The position numbers were made by a program, and so were the translations under genes. Shown in pieces: positions 26,501 to 33,904 of a DNA stretch of 36,965 nt. This DNA comes from Atribacterota bacterium (GTDB lineage Bacteria; Atribacterota; Phoenicimicrobiia; Phoenicimicrobiales; Stramentimicrobiaceae). A model generated the notes under the pieces. It ran no database searches and was not told the origin of the DNA. It saw only the letters and a list, made by a program, of their open reading frames with translations. Numbering within the stretch: position 1 is the first letter of the stretch; each line of letters opens with the position of its first letter. The stretch spans positions 1 to 36,965 of the forward strand of contig JAXGTM010000002.1 in NCBI GenBank assembly GCA_040774925.1, in the 5' to 3' direction.

Positions 26501-27686
26501 TGCTATATTTCGGTGAACATTTAATCAGGTTGAGCCAGACTCTAATCATTTTTAAATGATTATTATCAGTTTGAACCTGCCATTCGTCATTAATTTTCAT
26601 TTCGCTGGGATAGATAAACCCGAATTTAATGAGATATTCAATAAATATATCTATATATATCTGGTCTTCTGTTTGAAATATCTTCTTCCCTAAACTCAAT
26701 ATACATTCCAGTATTTTTTCGATACTTTCCTCTTTTAATCTATTGAAAAGAGTGAAAGTATTGTTAAGAAAATTATCTAAAGATAATACTTTTAGTTCAT
26801 TATTGGTAAACTTTGAATACAGATGAGATAATTCTACTAACAAGAGATCTCTAGAACCCATCATTACCGTTTCCAATAAATAGTAAAGAAAATAAACGCT
26901 TTCCTGAACCGGGGCATCTTTTTCTATTAAATCTGTTAATTTATCCAGGAATTCTTTAAAACCATCTATGCCCGTCAAATCTTTCCAGGTTTGAGCAGCA
27001 GATAACTCTTTTTGTATTTTGTTAATCAGTTCGATTTTTCTATTGGAAATATTAATTATACTGTCAGGATATCTATCAGAAAAATGTTTATCCTTCATCT
27101 GACACCATTCCTGAAAATTCAATTGCTTTTGCCACATATCAATATTTTCACTCAAAGAGTACTCGAGAAGTTTTTTTATTCTTATTGAACAGTCATTTTG
27201 TTTAATCAGCTCTATGGGGAACTTTTTAAGCAGGCCGGAGGAGTGCACCATAATATCAGAATTATTTAATAAAACATTCTCTAAAATAGTTACTATATCT
27301 TCACAATAGATATTGAGCTCTGTATTTATATCATCACTTTGTGTCAATTCTTGAACAAATTCTAACAGTGTGTTTAATAGACGCCACCTGCTCTGCCTGT
27401 TTAGATCTCTATTTAACTGTTCGCCAAATAACCACAGAATAGCTTTTAAAGCCCTGCTTGCTTCCACATGCGCTTTGTAAAACCAGATATCATTCAGAGC
27501 TATTTCTCTGAGGCCATCATGTATCTTCTTTATTTTGTAAGGTTTTTGATATATTTTTATTAAAAGATTTTCCATCCTCTGGTTTATGCCAAAATGAGAT
27601 GAAGATATATTCAAAAGCCATTTATTTTCTTCTGATAACTCTTTTTCAAGAGTTATTTGTATTTCACTTTTTTGAGGTATTTCCAT
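23571..27686 (-). CDS. Large PPDK-related dikinase-like protein: unknown ~868-aa helical N-terminal region, ATP-grasp nucleotide-binding domain and phosphohistidine swivel domain, no PEP/pyruvate domain
   Basis: Uninterrupted 1371-aa ORF with an ATG start 11 nt after the birA stop. The last ~503 aa (nt ~23574-25082) are collinear with the N-terminal two-thirds of pyruvate,phosphate dikinase, including RGGVTSHAAV (His1300 codon 23787-23789). The protein ends ~70 aa after that His. Confidence 0.88.
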   Translation of the reverse strand: MEIPQKSEIQITLEKELSEENKWLLNISSSHFGINQRMENLLIKIYQKPYKIKKIHDGLREIALNDIWFYKAHVEASRALKAILWLFGEQLNRDLNRQSRWRLLNTLLEFVQELTQSDDINTELNIYCEDIVTILENVLLNNSDIMVHSSGLLKKFPIELIKQNDCSIRIKKLLEYSLSENIDMWQKQLNFQEWCQMKDKHFSDRYPDSIINISNRKIELINKIQKELSAAQTWKDLTGIDGFKEFLDKLTDLIEKDAPVQESVYFLYYLLETVMMGSRDLLLVELSHLYSKFTNNELKVLSLDNFLNNTFTLFNRLKEESIEKILECILSLGKKIFQTEDQIYIDIFIEYLIKFGFIYPSEMKINDEWQVQTDNNHLKMIRVWLNLIKCSPKYSSKLISALIVNLKVGGVLIRDEDLFQRDISQLLNSDIRSNYVLIKQLLNLFPVYFSTIGAEGKIREISTEIDKLSYGEDRLIHFLRKQVHTESNNSQIELIRKIFFYWHDKNRQPLLKYLPRDVQNELPASEEWFNEIHHTVNSLCDRLKMSPEDILEEDINEIQKSLAHISNVRTDVTQRVAYLIELYQLLKHKYTLDYKFISHDLLQSNFFSIKEIDKLKRFIKKNNYDIAIKLVYSMISDLKKIILEPARSEAQESLYFKRHIASGIPSMYGQYYEKKFEAMGLILRLEKLVDYLIHKLISQRNLDYMTIDGFHSAAKILDLFKEGLSLNGIINENFNSHLEMLNYSFKTTTFSMEQFVNIFSFITLNIKEIIDNYYILPFNPSLKTIIEQKLKSSNKNNVSREHIIYRRSEEFYREMIVSSFLVQSLDNYVSKILSTLRNMLGRLKPDVIHMLLNYNPRLLSTSLHKPNPKVDNQIFLGAKAYYLKKLYSYKFPIPPGFVLTTEWFRDRKAIMEFPEMYQAILGMIRAKLVELERITKKKLGDPKNPLLLAVRSGTVIPMPGAMDSILNIGMNDEIAESLSKVSKYGWAAWDSYRRLLQNWGMANGIERDEFDKLILKHKKIHQVKEKKDFSKEQMKEIAFAYKTLLLKHGIVLEEDPFKQLIQAILFVFQSWYNDRAQIFRKKLQIAEEWGTAVIVQEMVLGNINTRSGAGVIFTKIPFEKSPEVTLYGDFTICSQGEDIVSGLVYTLPISEFQNEKFPHLKGESLEVQFPQIYQRLLKLARELIYEKGYEHQEIEFTFKSKHKKDLHILQTRPYVLKEEEKTPIFTSPEILNYLVGMGIGIGRGAINGRVAFNLDDINMLTERYPEDNKILIRPDTVPDDIEMIFDCDGLLTARGGVTSHAAVTAAQLGKICIVNCKHLTVLEKEKRCFINNNEFKTGDKIAIDAYLGNIYKGHHAIGLEQITYFNERGAL

Positions 27687-27697
27687 TTTCTCTTGTT

Positions 27698-28714
27698 TTA
27701 AATCCTCCCCTGCTCTTCCTTACCTGTTAATGTAGAGATAGTCCCTGATATTATCTCTTTGATCTTTTCATCTTTCGTCTTAATAATCAGAGCCCCTTTT
27801 TCGTTTATATCGATGGCTCTTCCTGTAATAATTTTATTTCCAGAGTTAACCTCAACATACTTTCCTATGATATTGTTATAGGATTTCCATTCTTCCAATA
27901 TTTCAGAAAAACCCTTTTCTTTAAAAACCCAGTAAGACTTCTCCAATTCACTACATAAATAATTTAATAATTTCAGACGTGAAACTGAATGGCCGACAGT
28001 TTCCTTTAAAGAAATAGAATCGTTACTGATGTGTCGGGGTAATTGAAAAGAACAATTATTTACATTTATCCCTATTCCAACTATAACCCATCTAATGTTT
28101 CTTCCTTCTGTGCTCATCTCTGTAAGTATACCACATACTTTTCTGCCACTTATTAAAATATCATTGGGCCATTTTATTTGCAATTCTATTTTAGGTAATA
28201 GTTTCTCAATTGCCTTCACCACTGCCACAGCTGTCATGAGGGTAATAAAAGACATATGAGAGGGGTCAAGTTCTGGGTAGAGTACAACTGAAAGCCATAT
28301 GCCCCCGGATGGGGAAAACCATTTTTTTCCTGATCTTCCTTTACCTACACTCTGCTTCTCAGCAATAACGATAGTACCTTCCGGTATTTTATTGGTATTT
28401 TCACGTAACAGTTCGCTTGCGATACTGTTGGTAGAGGTCAATTCGGTAAAATAAAAAATGTTTTTCCCAATATATCTCGTAGTTAAGTTTCTTTTAATTT
28501 CAAAAGGCAGCAAGATATCCGGACGATTGATTATACGATAACCACCCTGCCCATCAATACAAAATTCGTATCCCAATTCTTTTAATTGAAGTATCTGTTT
28601 TTTAATGTCTTGAATAGATGTTAAAAGTATTTCACTCAATTTTTCTTCTTTTATAAAAGAATCTTCTGACAGATGATCTATTATGGGGAAATTATTTTCA
28701 AGACCATTTTTCAT
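27698..28714 (-). CDS. birA: Bifunctional biotin--[acetyl-CoA-carboxylase] ligase / biotin operon repressor BirA
   Basis: N-terminal winged-HTH (LSEILLTSIQDIKKQILQLKELGYEFCIDGQGGYRI). Catalytic core with the biotin-binding loop QSVGKGRSGKKWFSPSGG and KWPNDILISGRKVCGILTE. C-terminal SH3-like tail. The ORF opens at GTG 28717; the ATG at 28714 is adjacent and preferred. Confidence 0.92.
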   Translation of the reverse strand: MKNGLENNFPIIDHLSEDSFIKEEKLSEILLTSIQDIKKQILQLKELGYEFCIDGQGGYRIINRPDILLPFEIKRNLTTRYIGKNIFYFTELTSTNSIASELLRENTNKIPEGTIVIAEKQSVGKGRSGKKWFSPSGGIWLSVVLYPELDPSHMSFITLMTAVAVVKAIEKLLPKIELQIKWPNDILISGRKVCGILTEMSTEGRNIRWVIVGIGINVNNCSFQLPRHISNDSISLKETVGHSVSRLKLLNYLCSELEKSYWVFKEKGFSEILEEWKSYNNIIGKYVEVNSGNKIITGRAIDINEKGALIIKTKDEKIKEIISGTISTLTGKEEQGRI

Positions 28715-28759
28715 CACTTTATTACATAATCCTCAGCACTTGCAATATTAAGAAGATAT

Positions 28760-29380
28760 TTATTCTATTTCTTTCAGTTTGTTTATAATCATTTCCGTTA
28801 CTAATTCAAGATGCTCAGCCGTTTTTACAAAATCGAGACAATCGATTGGAATAGACAAAATAGGGCAGAGAGAAAAATCCTTTACCCATTTACTGTATAA
28901 TCTGTTAAGCTGTTTCAGATAGTCTCTGGAAATACTCTTTTCATAATCTCTACCACGAAGAGCTATTCTTTGCTCTAGGGTCTCTATGGATGCTTCCAGA
29001 TACACAATAAGGTCAGGCGGAGAAAGATAGCTTATCATATTGTAAAATAACTCTCTGTAGCTTTGGTAATCTCGTTTTTCCATCAAACCTTGTTCATATA
29101 AATTTCTGGCAAAGATATCAACATCTTCATAAATACTGCGATCCTGAACAACTGAATTGGGATCCTGTAATATTCTTTGGTGGTGTTGAAAACGTTTAGA
29201 AAGAAAAAATACCTGTAAGTGAAAACTCCACTTTGACATATCTTTGTAAAAGTCTTCTAAATAGGGATTATTTTCTACCACTTCATAAAATGCTTTCCAG
29301 CCTAATTTTTCACTCAGAACTCTTGTCAGGCTTGATTTACCGCTTCCGATATTTCCAGATATAATAATGAATTTTTTCAT
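28760..29380 (-). CDS. Deoxynucleoside kinase (dAK/dGK/dCK family), second of a tandem pair
   Basis: P-loop IIISGNIGSGKSSL, plus YEVVENNPYLEDFY, QDRSIYED and RIALRGRDYE (LID). The ORF track opens at TTG 29434, overlapping the upstream gene by 23 nt. The ATG at 29380 (MKKFIIISG...) gives the usual short N-terminus and is preferred. Confidence 0.85.
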   Translation of the reverse strand: MKKFIIISGNIGSGKSSLTRVLSEKLGWKAFYEVVENNPYLEDFYKDMSKWSFHLQVFFLSKRFQHHQRILQDPNSVVQDRSIYEDVDIFARNLYEQGLMEKRDYQSYRELFYNMISYLSPPDLIVYLEASIETLEQRIALRGRDYEKSISRDYLKQLNRLYSKWVKDFSLCPILSIPIDCLDFVKTAEHLELVTEMIINKLKEIE

Positions 29381-29411
29381 TTTTTTCTGGTCATCTACTC
29401 TTTCCAATTCC

Positions 29412-30038
29412 CTATTCTCTATCTTTCTGCTCAATATTTTGACATATTATATTAAAGTCTTTACGGTTATCTACAAAATCCATTCCATCAGTATTAATTA
29501 CGAGGAGTTTGGTTCTGGTAAAATTACTCTGATCACTGAAATAATTTTCATAATGATTATTAAGATTTTCCATATATTGGTAAGAAATGTTCTGTTCAAA
29601 TGAACGAGCTCTTTGTCTTATCCTCTTCATCAATAGTTCTGTACTAGATTTTAAATAAATAATTATATCAGGGGACGGGATATCACGACTTATTATTCCA
29701 TACAGATGTTCATACATTTCTAATTCATTACCGGAAAGTGTCAGGTGGGCAAAAATTCGGTCTTTAGCAAACATATAATCCGAAAATGACAATTGTCTGA
29801 AAAGGTCCTGTTGAGCAGCCTTTACCTGCTGGTCATATCGACTTAATAAAAAGAAAATCTGAGTTCGAAAAGCATATTCTGCGATATTGTCATAAAAATG
29901 TGTTAAGAAAGGGTTTTCTTCAACTACTTCTAACAGAGCCCTTGCATTATATCTCTTACTTAGTTGGAGAACCAGGCTGGTTTTCCCTGCTCCGATAGCT
30001 CCTTCAACAGCAATATACTTACTTTGAAATGAATACAT
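29412..30038 (-). CDS. Deoxynucleoside kinase (dAK/dGK/dCK family), first of a tandem pair
   Basis: P-loop IAVEGAIGAGKTSL, plus LEVVEENPFLTHFY, SDYMFAKD and RIRQRARSFE (LID). ATG start. Confidence 0.88.
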   Translation of the reverse strand: MYSFQSKYIAVEGAIGAGKTSLVLQLSKRYNARALLEVVEENPFLTHFYDNIAEYAFRTQIFFLLSRYDQQVKAAQQDLFRQLSFSDYMFAKDRIFAHLTLSGNELEMYEHLYGIISRDIPSPDIIIYLKSSTELLMKRIRQRARSFEQNISYQYMENLNNHYENYFSDQSNFTRTKLLVINTDGMDFVDNRKDFNIICQNIEQKDRE

Positions 30039-30275
30039 TTAATGTAATCTCTTCTTTATTAGAATGAAAATAGGTTAGATCCTATCTTAATTTATATTTT
30101 TACAATTGGATATATTGATAAAATAAAAAAATTGTTGGATTAATTTCAAATATTAACCTTATCTATTATACTAATGTAATTATTATTTATATTATTTATA
30201 TTCCAGGATTTGGGGCATTAATTTCTTTTCCTAAAATATGTTTCTTTACTCTCTGCTTACTCTGTACCTAATTGA

Positions 30276-31895
30276 CTATTTAACATTAACTGTTTCTATT
30301 CTATCCCTTAATCTCCCCAGAGCTTTAAATCCGTTATAAACAACGAAACTTGCCAGCACCAGAAGCAGTATAGAAATTGACCCTAGAAGTATATTCCCTT
30401 TACCAAAATTGGTAAAGACCAGGTTGATAAGGGCAGCTACTGTAACCAGCATCATAAAAGCCATTGGGTAGTAGGTTACTTTGATGTTTTTGCCCAGATG
30501 TGCCAGCCATGCTGTTGCACTTAGTAAAGCTAATCCTGCCAGCAGCTGATTTGCCGAGCCAAAAATAGGCCAGATTGCTGACCACTGTCCGCTCATTGCT
30601 AAAGCGCCTCCGGCAACAACAGTAATAATAGTACCTGCATATCTGTTAGAGAGAGAAGGCATTTTTTCAGCAGTTAATTCTTCAAAACAATATCTACCTA
30701 AACGTGTAGCCGTATCCAGAGAGGTTATTAAAAACGCAGAAACAGTCAGAGAACCAAAAACAACACCTGTCTGCTCAGGGACACCAAAGCCGGCCATAAA
30801 CTTACTTAAACCATGTGCAAAAACTCCTACTGCACCGCCCCATTCAGCTAAGCCAGCCTTCATTCCTTCCTGGGTCAGAATAGCAGCTGCACCTAAAGAG
30901 ATCACTGCCAGAACACCTTCAATAAGCATGGCGCCATAGCCAACCAATCTGGCATCTTTTTCATTATCCAGCTGTTTGGCTGTAGTACCTGATGCAACCA
31001 TGGAATGGAAACCAGAAACTGCACCACATGCTATCGTTACAAACAGCATGGGGAATAAGAATCCTACCCCTGTTTTAAAACTAGTAAAGGTTGGGTAAAC
31101 TAATACTGGTCTAACTATAAAAACACCAACCACTCCACCTATTAAAGCAGCATAAAGTAAAAATGATGATAAATAATCTCTGGGTTGTAATAACATCCAC
31201 ACAGGTAATGTTGAAGCTAAAAAGATATATATAATTAAAAACCAGGTCCAGGTAATTTGGTTAAAGTATAAAAAGGGGTAATTAAGACCTATCCAGATAG
31301 CAACCATTAGCAACACTATTCCTATAAGGGTGACCAAAGGTAAGCTCATATTGGCTCGATACATAGCAAATCCCATGGCAACTGCAATAAAGATCATTAG
31401 AACACTTGTTGTAGCAACTGAGGCATTAGCTGCAAATGCCTGTGCAGTTAAAATTGCAAAAACGGCAACAACCAGTACAAGTGTTAGCCATGCAAATAAT
31501 AAAAACCAGGTACGGGCTTGTTTACCCACATATTGACCAATAATCTCACCAACAGATTTTCCCTTATGACGGGAAGAGGTAAGTAAGCCAAAATAGTCAT
31601 GAACACCTCCAACAAAAACAGAACCTAGCACGATCCATAAAAAGCAGGGTAGCCATCCGAACACGATTGCTGCAATAGGACCTGTTATTGGTCCAGCACC
31701 TGCTATTGATGCAAAATGGTGACCTAAGAGTACTGGCGCCTTGGCTGGAACATAGTCTACTCCATCTGTCATGGCATGAGCTGGAGTCTTATTTTTTCCA
31801 TCTACTCCAGCTAATTTTTCTAAAACATCTCCATAAATTTTATATGCAATCAAAAAAACAATTATTGCTAAAAGTAGTATAGTTAAAAGATTCAT
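30276..31895 (-). CDS. cstA: Carbon starvation protein CstA (peptide/pyruvate transporter family)
   Basis: 539-aa polytopic protein. IAYKIYG...DGVDYVPAKAPVLLGHHFASIAGAGPITGPI is the signature CstA N-terminal block. AAAGGAGG Shine-Dalgarno sequence upstream of the ATG. Confidence 0.9.
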   Translation of the reverse strand: MNLLTILLLAIIVFLIAYKIYGDVLEKLAGVDGKNKTPAHAMTDGVDYVPAKAPVLLGHHFASIAGAGPITGPIAAIVFGWLPCFLWIVLGSVFVGGVHDYFGLLTSSRHKGKSVGEIIGQYVGKQARTWFLLFAWLTLVLVVAVFAILTAQAFAANASVATTSVLMIFIAVAMGFAMYRANMSLPLVTLIGIVLLMVAIWIGLNYPFLYFNQITWTWFLIIYIFLASTLPVWMLLQPRDYLSSFLLYAALIGGVVGVFIVRPVLVYPTFTSFKTGVGFLFPMLFVTIACGAVSGFHSMVASGTTAKQLDNEKDARLVGYGAMLIEGVLAVISLGAAAILTQEGMKAGLAEWGGAVGVFAHGLSKFMAGFGVPEQTGVVFGSLTVSAFLITSLDTATRLGRYCFEELTAEKMPSLSNRYAGTIITVVAGGALAMSGQWSAIWPIFGSANQLLAGLALLSATAWLAHLGKNIKVTYYPMAFMMLVTVAALINLVFTNFGKGNILLGSISILLLVLASFVVYNGFKALGRLRDRIETVNVK

Positions 31896-32115
31896 TAAGA
31901 AACCTCCTTTAGATCTATTAATTTTTGCATACTTTAAAATAAATAATTATCAATCATTAGTATCTTTTTAATAGATTTAAACGTTTAGCATATACTTTTA
32001 CCGAAAAATTTTATTGAAAAATCAGATAATTAATGCCCCAACAAATAATTATAGCAGTAGTGTTTTAAAGATTAATATAATGGGATTTTTAAATATTTTA
32101 TCACCTCTCTTTTTT

Positions 32116-32625
32116 CTAAGGTTGAAAACTGTACACCTGTGCAATCTCCTTACCCTTGGCATTACAAAAAACAGCTTTGTTTTTAATATCAATCAATAAC
32201 AAACGTATATCACACCAACCTTTAATACCAAATAGGAATGTTTTGCTGTATTTGAACCTCTGAGAAGCTTGAATAGCTTCATCAGAAAAACCATTTTCAC
32301 CAATAATAATTCCATTAATAGTATGTGACATGACCTCTAAAGAAGGATTTGTTAATTCTAAAGCTGCCTTAACAATAAATTGAGAAAAATCGTTGATATC
32401 TCCTACTTCTACATATCTATCGAATCCGTTCACCAATATGATTTCTCTTTCCTGATAATGATCAATACGAATATTTTTGGTAAGTACACTGCGGTAATGC
32501 TCTGTAACAGAAAAAGCATAGATATCAACTTTACTATTCAGAATATGCTTGTTTATTTCTACATTATAATGCAACTGATATCTTTTTGACAATTCTTTAA
32601 GATATTCTGACAATTTTAGTTGCAT
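32116..32625 (-). CDS. Hypothetical protein (no recognisable family)
   Basis: 169-aa ORF with an ATG start and mixed alpha/beta-looking, non-repetitive composition. It is flanked by long AT-rich spacers. Coding status is inferred from ORF length in a stop-rich AT-rich background. Confidence 0.5.
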   Translation of the reverse strand: MQLKLSEYLKELSKRYQLHYNVEINKHILNSKVDIYAFSVTEHYRSVLTKNIRIDHYQEREIILVNGFDRYVEVGDINDFSQFIVKAALELTNPSLEVMSHTINGIIIGENGFSDEAIQASQRFKYSKTFLFGIKGWCDIRLLLIDIKNKAVFCNAKGKEIAQVYSFQP

Positions 32626-32962
32626 TTCTTTTTTCTATCCTTTTTATATTATAAATTTACTATATTTAATTATCCTCTTATTATTTTAACTATTTCAATT
32701 TTATTACATTAACTTTTATATTGCAATAACAAAGATGTCTACGTTTGTACCTGCATTAAAACCAGCGAATAAAAATGACATCAGAGATAATTGTCTATTA
32801 TTTTTTGGTAACTATTTTTAAATACTCATTTTTAATTATGCTCTGGAATATTATTTTTAACTAAAACACTTTAAGACATTATCAGTACTATTGTTGTTGT
32901 TATTTTCGTTAAAATATTATTGATAAAAATATATTGTCTTTTTCAGTCACATCTTAATTCTC

Positions 32963-32990
32963 TTGACATTTTTAATTCCTATGTTATATT
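32963..32990 (+). promoter_or_regulatory. Near-consensus sigma70-type promoter (TTGACA, 16-nt spacer, TGtTATATT extended -10)
   Basis: TTGACA at 32963-32968. TG at 32982-32983. TATATT at 32985-32990. It points toward the FmdE-domain gene, whose ATG is ~225 nt downstream. Confidence 0.4.
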
Positions 32991-33215
32991 GAAACATACT
33001 TTAAATGTTATATTTATTATAAACGTAACACTATTATATCTTATTTATATTTTATTTATTGGTATGATTTAAATTGATGGATTAAAATAAATTACTTGTA
33101 TTAACTTACTATTCTTTAGACTATTGGAATAATAGAAGATATTCCTGTACAAATCTTTGTCATTTCAACATCACACAAAAATACATATTTGCAATAATGG
33201 GGGTTACAAAAATAA

Positions 33216-33653
33216 ATGATAAAACTAACAATAGACCGCAATAGTATAGATGATATGCTGGAGAGAGGAATTAAGCTACATGGCCATTCGGGACCTTATC
33301 TTAACCTGGGGATCAAGATGGGATTATTGGCTCTTGAGTTGCTGGATGTAAAAGGGTATTTTGATTTGTCTACAGAGGTAGAGATGGAATATCGCAGACC
33401 AATGTCCTGTTTAATCGATGGTTTGCAAATCTCTACAGGCTGCACCATGGGAAAGGGAAATATCCATATAAAAGATAATCCTGGTTCTATTAATGTTCTT
33501 TTTAAATCAGACAATAAAATGTTATTTGTCAACTTGAAGCCAGAAATAAAGAACTTGATAGATTTCGAAAAGGAAAGTTGTGAGGATCTGGCTGAAAATA
33601 TTTTGAGAATGCCTGATAATCAGATATTCGATTATAAAATAGAAAGCATATAG
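33216..33653 (+). CDS. FmdE-domain protein (stand-alone, without C-terminal zinc ribbon)
   Basis: 145 aa. LHGHSGPYLNLGIKMG and CLIDGLQISTGCTMGKGN are the conserved FmdE/FwdE-family blocks. Confidence 0.78.
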   Translation: MIKLTIDRNSIDDMLERGIKLHGHSGPYLNLGIKMGLLALELLDVKGYFDLSTEVEMEYRRPMSCLIDGLQISTGCTMGKGNIHIKDNPGSINVLFKSDNKMLFVNLKPEIKNLIDFEKESCEDLAENILRMPDNQIFDYKIESI

Positions 33654-33904
33654 GTATTTATTTTTCAGATTTTATATTTAATAATATCTCAAATATTGAA
33701 TAATCTATTTTTTTAATATTCTACATTGTATCCATAAAATGGTAAAATCTAAGATTAAATTTTGTTTAGATTATTCTTAAAAATATTGTCCTTTAAACTC
33801 TTAATTTAACAGCTTTTCATATTTATATAAAGTAAATTATTAAATATTTCTATTTTTAATAATTTAAAAGTTGTTAATAATTTGTAAAAACTTGATATCA
33901 AATA

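Noticed and set aside
30181-30200. Short tandem repeat ATTATTTAT x2 and similar AT-rich micro-repeats in the spacers (also 10111-10128 AGTTATAA x2)
   Set aside because: Only two copies of 8-9 nt each in ~80% AT DNA, which is expected by chance. There is no CRISPR-like spacing or larger array.
30039-30275. Search for a BirA operator (TGTxAACC-N14-16-GGTTxACA type) upstream of the dNK-birA array, and likewise at 28715-28759 and 22264-22322
   Set aside because: Only AGGTTA...TAACCT half-site-like hexamers ~75 nt apart were seen, in the wrong arrangement. No credible operator can be called by eye.
32735-32821. 28-codon plus-strand ORF (MSTFVPALKPANKNDIRDNCLLFFGNYF) in the long AT-rich spacer
   Set aside because: There is no Shine-Dalgarno sequence within range of the ATG and nothing distinctive in the peptide. 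It lies upstream of the only good promoter in the spacer, not downstream of it.
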